64,000 nt of DNA, from contig CAJFCJ010000015.1 of NCBI GenBank assembly GCA_904063045.1, positions 1,361,423-1,425,422 of the forward strand, in the 5' to 3' direction. Shown here piece after piece: positions 48,501-62,620 of this stretch (position 1 is its first letter; the number at the start of each line of letters is the position of its first letter). A program made the translations under genes and the position numbers. Under the pieces are notes generated by a model. It had not been told where the DNA came from, ran no database searches, and saw only the letters and a list, made by a program, of their open reading frames with translations. This DNA is from Dimorphilus gyrociliatus (taxonomy: Eukaryota; Animalia; Annelida).

Positions 48501-51500
48501 GTACTCAAATACAATCATTCAATACACGCCAAATTCTTTCTATATATATATATATATATATATTTGTTTATTTCATTAAGATACAAGCACCTCAACCCCT
48601 AAAACATAGATATTTACATGACGTTTTATATATTTATATAGAATATGTATTGCCTGACATAATTATAACATTCTGTACTATGTATGCTATATCTGTCTGG
48701 AACAATATCTATTGCTTATCAAAAAACGTGCAATGCACGTGATTATAACGATCGATAGACGTTGGAAAAAAAGAGCGCGAAATAATAAGAGATAGATAGA
48801 TAGACAGATAAATATGTGAATTTTATAAATATATACGAAAACATACGTTAGAAGCATAAGAAGAAAAGACAGTATAGAGAGGGAAAATATCGCGTGGAGA
48901 AGCGAAATTGAAATAAATAACTCGTCTATAAACTCGGCATAATTAGTAATTGGAGGAAGCTGGAGAGAGTATATATTAGTGGTGTGAGTAGGTGCAATTC
49001 ATCACGTCGATAGCATCTTGAAAATGGTCATGTTTAGTGAATGAATAAGCTACAATTACCGTGGGAGGCACCTTCTATAGCCTCTGTATAAGGCTTTCTC
49101 GACCGTGTACACTTTTTTTTTTCATAAACCACCTACTCACCTCCCCTCGTCCCTCCTCTCCTCTTCATCAATAACTACCTCAAAATTCTCTCTCCCCCCC
49201 CCACCCAACTCTTGTCTCTCTTTCACTCTACCTTTTTATCACTTATACCCCTCTACCTGTAATACGCGCATCCGTGTGTGCGTGATTGTTATACACCTGA
49301 AATTTGAGAACGTTTACATAAATCAATAATATAGTCAGCGGCGCTATAGTTTTTTTCAGCCTAGAACTAAAGAGGGACATTTAAGGTGTGATTGGTAAAT
49401 ATTAGCATAATGCGTCGCTGAGTGTGGATGAAGCGTTTTGATGTATAACGTCGCTATATAATGCTTTTACTGCCTATAACCGTATACATTATTAACAATA
49501 TATCGCGTGTAAGGAAAAAAGCATGTGAATTCCCGATTAGTTTTATATTCAAGTAATGTGTTTTTACAAAATACTTTTATGCAAAGTATAATATATAATG
49601 TAGATTATATTTATATATGCATATATTAAGAAAAACAAACGAACAAGGGACTCTACAGTGAAGAAGCATTTGCCCGTATCGTATTACTAGCTGCCGCCAT
49701 TGACCACTGAACCTTTGCGTGACCACTCTGACAAGCTCCATATGCGTTAGCTATCGTTTTGACCATTTTTTTATAGACTCCCTGATATATTTATAAAATC
49801 AATAAGATTACATAATCCTGTAGATATTCGATAAGAGAATCCGTATAATCGCTTGCCTAGGCGAATGTAAAGAGTTTTTCCCGCCAAACATTGTCCTTGG
49901 CAAAAAAAAGTGGAGGGAATTAAAAAAAAAAATAACGAACGACAAGTGCCCCATTCTATTAATCACATTTTGTCGACGTTGATTGGTCGTTTTTGACCCC
50001 ACCCCGACCTCAAGCGGACGCCAACGCTACGCAACTGGGTCATGCCTCGACAGTACTTTATTGTAATCGCGCACCGTTCACGCAACTTGAACTCAGAATA
50101 GGAATATTTTTTTATTTCTCTTTCGCTTTGTACGCTCTTTTATATAATATAGGCCTAGACCAGTCTGGTCAGCAGCCAAACGGCCTCAGAAAAAAAAGAG
50201 CAACAAACAACTAATCAAAGCGCGCACAATGCCAACGTAAAAACTCGTTACCGACTTAATAAGCTCAACTATACTGTTGGGTAGCCATTTTCTGTGACGT
50301 CCGACGTCTCTATGGAAACGATGGACAGTAGTGAGTGGCTATTGGTTACTGACCGCTTCGACGTCACTCCTATTCGGTGGACTTTACTCATGCGCATGCT
50401 CGGAGACGCCTACGTACAATTGTTGGGTGTGGTTGAAGGCTTGGACACGTTTCGATGCTGTTGTTGAGTACAATTTGAGGTCTGCTCGCCGCAAGCATGG
50501 GTGGTTCTCAAATTAATTATATACGTATTGTTTTACGTTATATTTATTCTTATAAGGATAATAAAACATAACGAAAATATTCTCCAAGACAAACAGAGCC
50601 TTGCGTAAAAGTAGAGAGTTTGCATAGCTGTAAAAATTATATACAATATTGGAAATCTTACTAGCGTAAATTTCATATTTCAGAATTATATATATATATA
50701 TATATAAAAGCTTGTGCTATAGACAAACAAGGGCGCCTGTTTTTCCACGGCCTGCAAACGTCATCTGCTGCGGGTCATATGTCACATATACGTCATGCAT
50801 CAATGGCCGGCTTGTGTTTGTCCATTGTCTGACAAATATACGCGCCATACTTTATCAAATTTCGCCGCTTTATTTATATATTTCTTGCTCAGCGTCCGCT
50901 TTCCTCCATTATCCTCTCCGTGTAGTGAATGCATAAATTTACATGTAAGGTTCTCTCTACACTCCCCCCCTTATATAACATTTGTATTGTGAAAGAGCTC
51001 GACTCTATATGAATATTTTATACACAAATAACGACGGTCAGAGGTAGCAATTGCATTTATTATTAATAACGTCTAACGTTAATGAGACCGAATGAATAAT
51101 TATCGATTCCTCATCATCATTTACTTTTGTTGTTTTTACTTATTCAATCTGTGCCTTTCTATATTATTTCTTTAATAGATAAGACACTTAAACGCATGAA
51201 TATACTATGTAAATATAAAATATATATACAATGTATTTACACATATATAAATATAAGTATTAACGTATATACACATACTATATACCATATACTGTATATA
51301 TCTATATAGTTTACGGTAATTTACTTGTATTTACAATTAACAATTCGAAATATATAGTTTATATACTTGTATATATCTATATACAAATATAAATATATAA
51401 ACGTAGGTATATAAGATACGCTTATTTATATAAACAAGGCGTCGATAGCTGGAAGCGGATTGCATTTAAAATTTTCATATATACATAATCAAACCATCGG

Positions 51501-54484
51501 ACGGTCGTTAATCATTTTTTTTTTTGACGTACAAAAGAGTCTGTTTCAATTCATTCGTCGCCCTCCCCTTATTTACCCGCACATTTGAACATATACAGTT
51601 AGTATATTTACGACTAGGGTATGCTTATAAAAAAAAAATAAGGCCTATAATCCGAATCGTATAATCAATGAAAGCGCGGAAATTAAAAGAAATTTATACC
51701 CTATTCGTAAATGGATCGCATATAAAATGACTGTCCAAGCCGAAATCTTTACGAAATAAGGGGGAAAATTAGAAAAGAAAGTATATAGAGTATAAAGTAT
51801 CCATATTAGATCTTGTATAGTATATATAGTATGACGTATAGAAGTTGAAAAAGAATTTCACCTTTCGAATATAAAGTATAATAAGATAGGTAAGGAAATA
51901 TTCTGGCTAGGTAGTAATATTCTACGTATAGTTGTATAAGATATATACGTTGCATATAGCTTTAGGGCGGGTGGGGGCCGGTAACAAGCTCCTTTGTTTT
52001 CCCACTCAACCCGATTTGCATATTAATAAGAAAAGAGAATAAAAAAGAGGTGATTGCGTTATAAGTTGAAAGTCGAACGATCGTGTTTACCTGAGGCAGG
52101 TGACTGGCGCACAACGTCGCTTATAAAATATATATGGTAAATGATAATCTAGTAGATGTATATACATACTTTGCATAAAAAGAAAGTGAGAAAGTAGTCG
52201 ACAGACTTATACAATCTATTATTTTATTCTTATTCTTCTCGTGGAAGAGAGGCTCGTGAAATGTACTCTTAATTTCTTATTACCTCTCTGTCCCAGTCCT
52301 ATCTCCTACTAAAGAGAACTACTTCTAATTCACTTAGGCTACTTGTAAAAGTTATAAAAGTAGGAGGGAAGGGGAGGGAGGGGAGAATTTACGTTCTTTT
52401 CAAGCCATGTAGTAGTTACACTCTGGCGCTATGAGACAGTGCTATGGTAAGTATAAGTATGAGGGCAGACTTTGGAATGTTGGAATCGGTCGTAAAACGA
52501 ACGTAAAACGTCTAAGAGGCGTTTTGTTACCAATTTCAGTTATGCAAAAGGTTTCGCATAGGTTCGGGGTGCAGGTGACGTTCCATAGACATGAGATTTC
52601 TCTGATGCGCATGCGCCGGACGACCCGAAACCCGCCATTTTGATGGCGCGCTGTGACCTCTTAGCTCGGAAAGGCCTGCAGCCACGTAATATTCCTTTGT
52701 TGTTGACCAGGCTGACGTCGATAGTGGGCGCCACCTCCTAAATTCACTTTGCCTTTCATTCCATATACAATTAGCGAACACCATGCAAGATGAGGCAATT
52801 TTCCAGGTGACGGCGCAGTCTTGCTGGCGTCACCCCGAGAGACGGCCGCGCCGAAATGACAATTACTGTTTATCGTAATGGCTCGTCCATCGACTACTAC
52901 TTAGACACGTGTATATTAGTGTATGAGTACGTCTACAATACGCGTACAAAAGGAAAAGCGTCCGTGCATGCACTTATATATATATATATATATATATTTA
53001 CTTGTATATGAATATAATATCCTTATTATACATGTATAAAACATACTATGGTGCATCCATACATTGTACGCAAATTATGTTCCGTATACCAGTAAGTTTA
53101 TTAAGAACGTTCGTGGGTGTGGTGATTCTCCTTTGTGACTGCTGACAGCGAAAATAAAGAAATGGGTGGGGAATGTGTATACGATGGAGAATGAAGTCGC
53201 CTCACGGATAATTAAACGCCATTGTTTGTGCATTTTTTCCTTCTTTCCGCACAGTAGAAGCTAGTGACGCCGACCGTTTAACATGCGGACACTGCCAGGC
53301 CGAATTCCCTCTCGTCTTAATCAGTTCATTCATAGAGCATAAGGTAGAACGCTGCCAAAAGAAAGTCATCGAAGATGATGACGATATTGACGGGACGGAA
53401 AATAAACCGACTTCTATTCTGGCTGATGACGACCTAAAAAAGAGAAAGAGGAAAAACGTATCGACACCGTTAGCCTCTCTCTGTCCCCCGCAAGCATCAC
53501 CTACGTCTGTACTCAATGCCCTAGCTCGTTTTGTGGAAGATCAGAAGATTAAAGATGAAGAGGAAGACGACAAAGTCGATGCAGAAATAATGACCGAACT
53601 ATCAGGTAAGAAATACGAATGGGCGGCGGTTTTTTTTTAAGAGAGTGAGTTAGAGAGAATAAGAGAAGAAAATGATACAAATGGGCGTATGTAAGGGCGT
53701 GTATACCTACGAGTATGTGGATGATGCTAGCTAAGATTCGTATTGTGTTGGGCCGAACGTATCGCCCACGGCTACAGTCAATTTGTACGCCTATCTAGTC
53801 CGAGTCGACGTATTTAGACGCCATTCACCTTCTTACGTAAGGTTACCTAGCACCTGTCCCTGGAATGCGACCCGACTAGTTGACTGCTGAAAAAAGCTGG
53901 CCCTTGCCCGCTCCGACGTTCTATAATTAAAGCGTCCGATGGACGATATCCGTTTATGCATGCGTGTATATAATATATAAAATAGAGCGGCGCGTGTTCT
54001 ATCATTTGCAAAGTATAGCCGTATATAATCTCTTTTCCTATATAGCGTGAACGTACTCGGAGACGCCGGATTAGCTCAAGGGTCCGGCGTCACCGCGATG
54101 ACCGTCGTCATAGTTACGTCTCTTCGGCCTGCGCACACAACTGGCCAATTTCCGGTTGCGTCTCTCGGATGTGGCCTTGTGACGTCACAAGACGCCACTG
54201 CAGGACGTAAACTCTACTCTATATTATCTACGTATAAAGATATAGGGAAATATAGTTATTTATAAATGCTAAAATACCTCGCATATGTAACACGGTAAAG
54301 ATTTTTCGACTCGAATACGTCAAGTTTATATATATCTATTTATATACATGTACATTTTTCCATTTATGTATATAAACATAAATCCAGAATATGTGTACTG
54401 ACAGAGATATGTAGATATATGTAGATATTAAGATATATATTGTGGGCAGCTATATGGCATTTATATATACATAGTAGGGAAGGA

Positions 54485-54526
<42 letters not shown>

Positions 54527-57347
54527 CTCATATATTTTGTACTGGATATCTATCCATTTCCCACTGGGCTTCTCCTCTGCCAACCAACATCGTAACGCGA
54601 TTATAAAACAAAAATATAAAAAAAACACAAAAAAAGAATTTTTCGTTCGATAGCGTTGCGCGCAAAGGACGCCATCGATCATGTCAAACACATGCACCTG
54701 GCAAATTTGAAGAGCCGCTAACGCTTTTTTCATTGCGCCGATGCTTGACCGGCGGTCAGAATCTGTCGTCATGACGTCACGATAACTCCGCCCACGACGT
54801 CACTGTCACAGCTATCGGGACGACCCCGATCGCAGCCGAGTCATCAATCATATCGCTCGTTTCTTATTACATAACTGAGGCTGCTTATATAAGGTCATCT
54901 ATGGACGAGGCCAGGTGAAGGAGAGGGCCTTGTCGAAGAGAAGTGCTATTGATAGATATACAGAAAATTATCGAATATTTGAGGAAAAAAGAAGGGAAGG
55001 GGAAGGAAAGAAAAAAGACAGAAGGAGATTAGAGCTCGCACGTATATAGGAAGGAGGGCTGTGTCAACAGCTCGGGCGCTGATCGATACGGTCAGTATAA
55101 TGGTCATCATTAGTTGTTACGAAATGGAGACATGACAAGGCGTGGCTGTCCTCAGCGGGAACACATTGTGGCGCCATGCACCACTCAATCGAGTGTGAAG
55201 TACGTTCCCTGCAGGACGCGCTCTGGACACTGGCTACTTGCCTCAGCGGGACGCAGATACTATTAGAACATTTAAGAGAACGCCCCCTCTTATAAAATAC
55301 TAATATATATGTACATACAATATATATATATCCTTATATAATTCTATCTCTTCGTGTATATATATATATACAAAAGCATATATACACAGCATAGATATAT
55401 GTATATATGCAGTATATACTATATATTCTTAGTGATATATAGATATATCCACGTCTATACAGACTATACTACCTCTACAATTTATACGTATATCTTATTA
55501 AAATAATGCAGATATAGATAGATACAAAATCGATTCTATATACACGTGCATAAGAAGCCATATAGCGTATAAGCCCTTCTTTCAGCTACGGAATTTAAAC
55601 GGTCCTGATCGCCTTAAATACGGACGAATGTAACATATATACACTGACTTTGTGTTTATAATTAAACGGGCATTAAGTCGTCCATATCTTTGAAAAAAAT
55701 AACTTGTATATAAGAAATTTCGCAGGTGCTTTCTCTCTTTTTTTCCTGGCTACAAGCCAAAACTGGCCGATTCCGCCAGCAAACATAACACACACACGGT
55801 CAAAGGATAAAAGAGAATAGCGGCGGCGGTGACTGACTGATAAATCAGATATTCAAAGTCCACTCTATAGCTAAGCTTATCTTAATTCGAGCTAACGCCA
55901 CCTACTTAGTGGACGTAATAATGTCCAGTGGTGCGCACTTGATAAAGGCGCCTATAGAACGATCATTGAATTGTACGTGGTGTGGTGCCCACGGTAGGCG
56001 GCCTATAGACTTGTGGAGAAGAGAAAGAGAATATATGAAAGAAAGGATAGAAAAAGAAGGAAGGTTGGGCTGTTGAAGGGGCGAATAGAGGGATAAAATG
56101 ATAAAAAAAAATAAAATAAAGTATAAAAAGAGAAGCCTGGGAACCGGGCACTCACTACTGACCACGGGCCGCTTATAATCGATCAAGCGGAACGTAGCGA
56201 GGACAACTTGAGTGGTGAGTTGGCGCCGCTGCTGGGCGCTGGTCATAGACGATCGATAGCAGCTTGCCCAACGTTGCACAACAGTTTAACCCTCTAGCGC
56301 CCGCCTCTCCTTTCCCTTCGCTTCTTTACTTGCCTGATCGTTTACCTGGCACTGACCGCTGATCTCTCTCCCCTCTCTTTTTCCTCTCTATCCTAGTTTT
56401 AGCCTACTTTTCTAAAAATATAAATATATAATAAAGGCAGTCATATAAAAGTGGAATTTATCAGTAAAATATGGGGATACATACGATATGTATGTATGAT
56501 TATGTAACACAATTACATTTTCTCTCCTCTGTTTTTCTCTTTTCTCTTTCACTCTTTTTTAGCACACACACACATTTGCTACCGCACCAACTGCAATGCG
56601 TGCGCACGTCTCGTTTGTTGTATTACGCAAACACGACAGACGGTTGCCTGGTAGGGTCACACAGACTGACCAGAACAGAACTCTCATTCGATCATTCATG
56701 TTTTTACTTACCTTTCCTGTTTTCTCTTATTTTTTAATCATTTTCGGTGTAATCTCATTTCCCCCTTTTCCTTTCCCCATGCCCCCTGCTTTTATTACTA
56801 CTAGGCTGGATATGTTTGTCTGCGTGTGAAATATTTTCCTTTAAAACGACTACCTCCGTAGTAGAAGGGGGGCGGAAGACTGGATAGGGGGAGGGGAATG
56901 GGAGAATGGATGAGGGTTGGAAGGGGGCCGAAAAGGGGGAAAGGGATAAAAAATAATAAAAAAAAAGAGAGAAAAGAAAAAGAAATTCAATTGTCTTGCG
57001 GCGTCGACAGCACGCACGCTTACGCCGTCTTACTCAACTGCTGTCCACGCATAAAGCGTTACCGTGGTTACAGGGCACTCTGCAAAAAAGTGTTGCGTGT
57101 ACATGACATCATGGCGGCTGTCTTTGTTCATTGATTGAGCGAATCGGGCTACGTGCAATATGAAGTTGTGCGTAAGTGTGTCTACCAGACTAAACGTGTC
57201 ATTGTATGTAATTTATTGCCAAAAAAAGACGCCTGTTAACATGTATAAATATATACATGTATAACATCTATTTAATCTATTTCTATATGTATATATACTT
57301 ATACATATAAATATGGTACTAAGTAAGAAACAGTAGTATCTAGCGAT

Positions 57348-57382
<35 letters not shown>

Positions 57383-59145
57383 TTTTATGTAATACATGCG
57401 ACGTGGTAAATCTCCCCCATCAGCCGGCTGTGCGTGACCTGACGACGGTCAGTGACGCTTAATGACGCCTTAATCCCGGCTCTGCAACGCCGAGCCGCTT
57501 TGATGCGCTCACGCCTCCATCGTCGCTAATGGTCAAGCGATGTAGCGCCTGATACAGGTGTAAAAAATACGCCTCTCCCGTCACCTTCAAAAGCGTCACT
57601 GTTGCCAGCGGCGTTGACGGGTAATGGAGAGCGTGGCGCCGGCCGAGTGGCTCTCGCTTCCGCCCGTAGCGTCTCTTCCGGCCCTCGAAAGTTGCATAAC
57701 AGTAGCCTAGAGCCGGAACGTCCCAACGGATCGACTCTTCTCCCTGCCCGCCTAAGGACGCGTTCTCACACACACGTCCCCCACGCTCGAGCGCATGGTC
57801 AGATGACCCAACGTCACCTTATACTCTTTACCTCTCAAAGCCAAAACGCCATTCAGGAAATAGGAATTGTTGAACTATTTAGTTTTGTCTGGCACTACCT
57901 ACACCTGGATGGAATAGACAATTGCTGTTTGCATCTGCCCGCCGCCATATTGCGCGGGCAATCATGTAATGGACAGTTGATAGACTGGACGTCGGGCAGC
58001 TGCTGCACGCTACCGTTTTCGTCGACCACCGCAATGCCGGAGGGACGCCCTAGCCGACGCAAAAATTATTTATTAACAGCAGCCATACCCCTTCTTTCCC
58101 TTACCCCTTTCTTTTAGTAACCAAATCACCAGGGGGCGGCATCTGTCCCTCGTTTTCTACTCTTCTTCTAGTTTTCTTCCCTCTTTGTTTATTAATGCTG
58201 AATGTTTGCCATTAACCTCTAAGGCTTGACAGCGACCAATATAAACGAAAAGAGAGAAGCGAAGCCCAAAATCCTCCGCACCCTGTCCTTTTTTACGGCC
58301 GGTTGCACATCGACGTTGACAAGCCAAATAGCAAAGGTGACCAACTCATTAACAATTTCATTCAAAATGTGTCACACACTGTCATTGCATTCAAACACTA
58401 GGTGCTTACAGATTCGTCTATCTATAAATAATAATAATAATAATAATCACACAGTAAAGGGGAGGGAGGAATTTTTTTCTTTATTATCATCTTTTTTTCT
58501 CTACCCAACAACTACTTCTACTATCCCTTCTCTTCCATTATTTTTCTCTACTATTTACAACATTATTACTATTACTTTTCTATTTGGTTTTTTTTTCTCT
58601 TTCTCTCTTTTCCCCCTATACTAAATCGACCGAATAAAGACTTTAGCAGGTGGCGCCAGTCGACGCCGGAACGCCCGGGCGATGAAACGATCGTTATAAT
58701 CGAAATGAACGTGCTCCGCGTTAGAGAAAATAATATAGAACTAATGTAAGCATACGAGGCTATTCCATGTCAGCAAACCGCTGCATTCCACGCAAATGAT
58801 CTTTGATCCATCAGGTTGCAGCCTGTTACCTCGCGCCCAATCCATTCAATACAAGGGGCGTTCAAAGAATTTTTTTAATGTTATATAAGCCTACATTCAT
58901 TTTCAAATCAAAGAAACTATTTGTTTACACATTCGGGGTGAATTGGTGTAAAACTTTTACTTTTTGTCTTTTTTTTTGCCTATACTTTCTAGTTCTCTTT
59001 TCTAACGATAACACGGATAATTAACAATCTATAAACTGTGCGTTTCAAACTATACTATGTATACAAACTCGGCTACTAGATTCTTTATCATTTAGAGCGT
59101 ATAATAAATACTATGTACAACGTTTATTTGTAATATTATATTCCG

Positions 59146-59194
<49 letters not shown>

Positions 59195-61408
59195 CGGGAA
59201 CAACTTTGTATTAAGGAAGAGGGCAACGACGTATGATTGCGCTTGACGCTCTTCCATTCTCCTTTAACTCGCTCGTAATGATAGCGTCAGTGCGAATCGC
59301 GTACAGATTTAGGACGATATAAATATGTTTTACGGGAAATGAATGAAAAAAATAAGTAAAGATTGGAGCGACCGAATCGATTCGCCCGATACCGAGATCA
59401 ATATAGATTATAATTAACGTATTTTTCCTTTTTTTCCCCTCCCTCTTTCCGACCTATTATAGAGCCGAATTCGTTGACTTGCTGCCGATGTGGCGAGGTA
59501 CTTCCATCTTCGTGGCTACTCGTTCAGCATATACAAGACGAACATGATATGCAGTTGTTTGATGATGAAATTGACGAAGACGCAGAGAGTTGTTTAAAGG
59601 AAGATAGTGAGAAAGAATTAGAGGAGGCAAACAAGGAATTTGAATTAGGAAAGAAATCGCCATCTTCGCCCGGTACTGAGATCAAATTGCCCCCAGAAAC
59701 GAATACCAAAACAGGCAGCGGTCGCCTACCCATACCACCCACTGCTAGCGTTCCTCAACCTGGTTTCTTCTTTAGAATGCCTCATCTGGCTGAAAGACCG
59801 TCAACTGGACCTACTCATGCTGCATTCCCACAACCACATTTCCACGAATTATTGGAAATGCAACGAATGCGAATGGCGCATTTGGCGTCGATTGCTCATC
59901 CAGCAAGCCCGTTTGATCAGCACAACGCGGCCGCTTTATCGAGTTTCGCGGCTGCTCATCATCACCTAAGGCCCAACTCGACCGAAGTCGACTTTTATTC
60001 TCAACGTCTAAGACAGTTGGCAGGTGGTAATGCCGGACTTAGCCCCTCAGCTCGTAAGCAAACGCCACCGTTTTCTGCAGCGTCCCCGTTCAACGTCTCT
60101 AGCCCGCCTTCAGGCACTGTACCCTCGTCTTCGAGTAGCAGCCCTAGACCGTCCCCGGGAACGCCCTCTTCACCTACTAAACGCCCACCCGACCTGACGT
60201 GCTCGGTATGCGGCAAACGATTCAAGTTCGCCACGCTGCTCAACCTCCATTCGAGGCAAGAACATACTCACGAACGACCTCACAAATGCTACTTATGTAC
60301 GCGAGCCTTTTATTCGGCGGTCTCTTTAAAGAGTCACTTGGCCGTTCACTTCCAAATCAGCGATGATTCGCATTCCGATTCGGAAGAGGATGAGCTTGAC
60401 GTATTTGATGGAATTGACGAAAAGTCAGCAGCAGAGATGGAGGAAGAAGCCGAAACGCACGTTAGGCAAATGAGAATGAGATACGAATCGGTGGGCGATC
60501 GAACTTTGGCTAAATTACCTCCTTACAGCGATTCCGTGCGGAAAGCTTTGGAAGAGGGTAAGAGGAAAAGGAAAAAGAAAAGGACATACAGCCCCCATCA
60601 AATTAATGGGTCAATAAATGGCACTGGAGGAAATGGCTGCGGTAGTGGTGTAGGAACTTCCTCATCGGTCAGCACCAGTCAGGATAGCCAAGAGGAAGAG
60701 GTGGAAACGAAGCGAATTAAATTGGAAAAGGAACCCAATCGAATTCCAAACCCTATAGATACTTTATATCCGCATCCATTAACCTGGCCCTTTACTCAGG
60801 CTTTATCGTCCGCCCAAGACGTCTTCCGTGCCCTCCAACAACAACAACAGCAACAATCCGATTTTATTTTACCAACTGCCCATCCGACGTTACCAACTAG
60901 CGCGGCGCCTGCTTTGAACGGCAGTGCTTTGCGTGTTGACGCTAACAAATCGGAAAATAGCAGTATCGCACCCGGAGTTACAAGCGGGGGAAATGGGATC
61001 ACGGGTGGAGGAGCTGGAACCGGTAGAAAAGATAGAAGAAACGATACATGCGAGTTTTGTGGAAAAGTGTTCAAAAACTGTTCGAATCTGACGGTTCACA
61101 GACGGTCGCACACGGGCGAAAAGCCTTACAAGTGCGAATTGTGTTCGTACGCGTGCGCGCAGTCTTCCAAATTGACTAGGCACATGAAGACTCACGGGCG
61201 AATGGGTAAGGACGTTTATAGGTGCAAGTTTTGCTCAATGCCCTTCTCTGTTCCATCAACTTTGGAGAAGCACATGAGAAAATGCGTGGACAATCAGCGA
61301 GCCGCTGCTGCAGTACAAGCTGCAATTCGAGCTCCGCATTTGCCTTTAACAGCTGCGGCAGCAGTAGGCGCCTTGTACGGTGACAAGCAAAAGGCGTCCT
61401 TATCATAA
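45541..61408 (+). CDS. BCL11A: BCL11 (CTIP) zinc-finger transcription factor, 782 aa. Exons: 45541-45592, 53255-53605, 59463-61408
   Basis: Exon 1 encodes [11 protein letters not shown] (NuRD-binding motif). Exon 2 encodes the CCHC finger [12 protein letters not shown]...FIEHKVERC. Exon 3 encodes EPNSLTC...WLLVQH, a central finger pair, and a C-terminal triplet [51 protein letters not shown]...[14 protein letters not shown]. Both introns are phase 1 and the total is 2349 nt. It is a co-ortholog of vertebrate BCL11A/B. The ORF track misses exons 1 and 2. Confidence 0.95.
46048..46062 (+). promoter_or_regulatory. Nuclear-receptor DR3-type element in BCL11 intron 1
   Basis: GGGTCA-gta-AGGTCA. 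A second DR3, AGGTCA-ata-CGGTCA, lies at 46511-46525. Confidence 0.35.
52606..52616. promoter_or_regulatory. NRF1/EWG-type motif in a GC-rich island of BCL11 intron 1
   Basis: TGCGCATGCGC compared with the consensus YGCGCAYGCGCR. Confidence 0.35.
59149..59190. repeat. (TA)21 microsatellite, the longest of many TA tracts in and around BCL11
   Basis: Directly visible. Other tracts lie near 29610, 52975, 54490, 57350, 61880 and 62380. Confidence 0.95.
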
Positions 61409-62374
61409 TCAGGGTAATTAGTGCCATAAACTTGCTCATATAGCTGGCCGCCTACCCGGTGAGAAGCACGCTAGCACCCGATATACAGGTCTCTTTATCT
61501 CTCTATATGTCTTTATGTACTATGTACGTGAACAATCTACACAACTAAAACATACGTAAAAACAAATCCATAATGGTTTAATATAAAAGAAAAAACGTAG
61601 GAACATATTTAGTTATGTAATACATCTTTTCAACTGCCCTCGTTTGCCCAGTTGCTGCAGTATAAAATGGGGCAAAGAATTATTTTTCGTGCGACGCAGA
61701 CGGATCTGTTTACATTCATGTATTGTATACACATTCACACGCAACGACAGCTTCATCAAACATTTCCGCGTTAGATTATTCTAATCAGAAAGCATTTTTT
61801 TCCCTTTTACTTTTTATCCATTTGCCTCTCTTACTTTTTAAGATTTGCATAAAAACAAAACATAGTCATATTTGAAGATATATATATATATATATATATT
61901 TGAACATAATATGTATAATGTTTGTAAGAGGGAATGAGAGTGAAAGTTGAGCATTTCCTTTCCGTTGTCCAAAAATGAAGATAAAACAAAGTGAACAAAA
62001 TATTTATATATATATCTATATATGATCTATTGTATATAAATTATTGTTTTATTGTTTTATTTTTGTTGTTATTTGTGTGAAAATTATATTTACGTATATG
62101 ATAAATATTATATTCACTCGTATATTACATAATATATATATATATATATATATGTATATGTATATGTATAATATGTATACAAAGACGCCGTAAGTGTTGT
62201 CAAAAACTCGTTCTAAAACTGCACATTCTTTATTTTTTTTCTTTATATTTTTTTTAAAATTCGTTCGTGGTTTGTATACGTACGATGCCATGTTTTAATT
62301 AATTTATTGTTCAGCTTTTGAAATCCTAAAGCTACGTATTTGTATAAACGTTATAAATTACTATATAAGTATAT

Positions 62375-62409
<35 letters not shown>

Positions 62410-62574
62410 GTATATGTATTTATATAAATATGTATACCTATTTGTTTTATTTGTATTAAAGCAGAAAAACTAAAAAAAAACATAAAAAACAAAAGATAAA
62501 GAAAAAAAAATTCATGCACCCGCGCGGTAAATTTGAACACGATTTGATAATGAGAAAATTAGCGAATTTATTCT

Positions 62575-62620
62575 TTCATTCGTTCATTCATTCATTCAGC
62601 CAGTCAGTCAGTCAGTCACT
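62575..62620. repeat. Compound tetranucleotide tract (TTCA)n grading into (GTCA)n
   Basis: ttcattcgttcattcattcattcagccagtcagtcagtcagtcact. Confidence 0.8.

Noticed and set aside
52432-52441. TGAGACAGTG (miR-1994-like 5' end); also CTGTGCGTG at 57428 (miR-210-like)
   Set aside because: Matches end after 9-10 nt and the flanks do not fold into a pre-miRNA hairpin.
43691-56900. Numerous 60-125-aa ORFs across the BCL11 upstream region and introns
   Set aside because: They are mostly low-complexity (IYIY, FFFL) translations of TA/T-rich tracts or chance ORFs, and none carries a recognisable motif.
57569-57634. Extended imperfect hairpin in BCL11 intron 2
   Set aside because: It needs a 9-nt and a 4-nt bulge, so it is not pre-miRNA-like, and such pairing is expected by chance in a GC-rich island.
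57459-58117. 171-aa plus-strand ORF and 66-104-aa minus-strand ORFs in BCL11 intron 2
   Set aside because: Non-ATG starts, Arg/Ala/Ser/Pro-rich composition of non-coding GC islands, no recognisable domain and no phase-compatible splice sites with BCL11.
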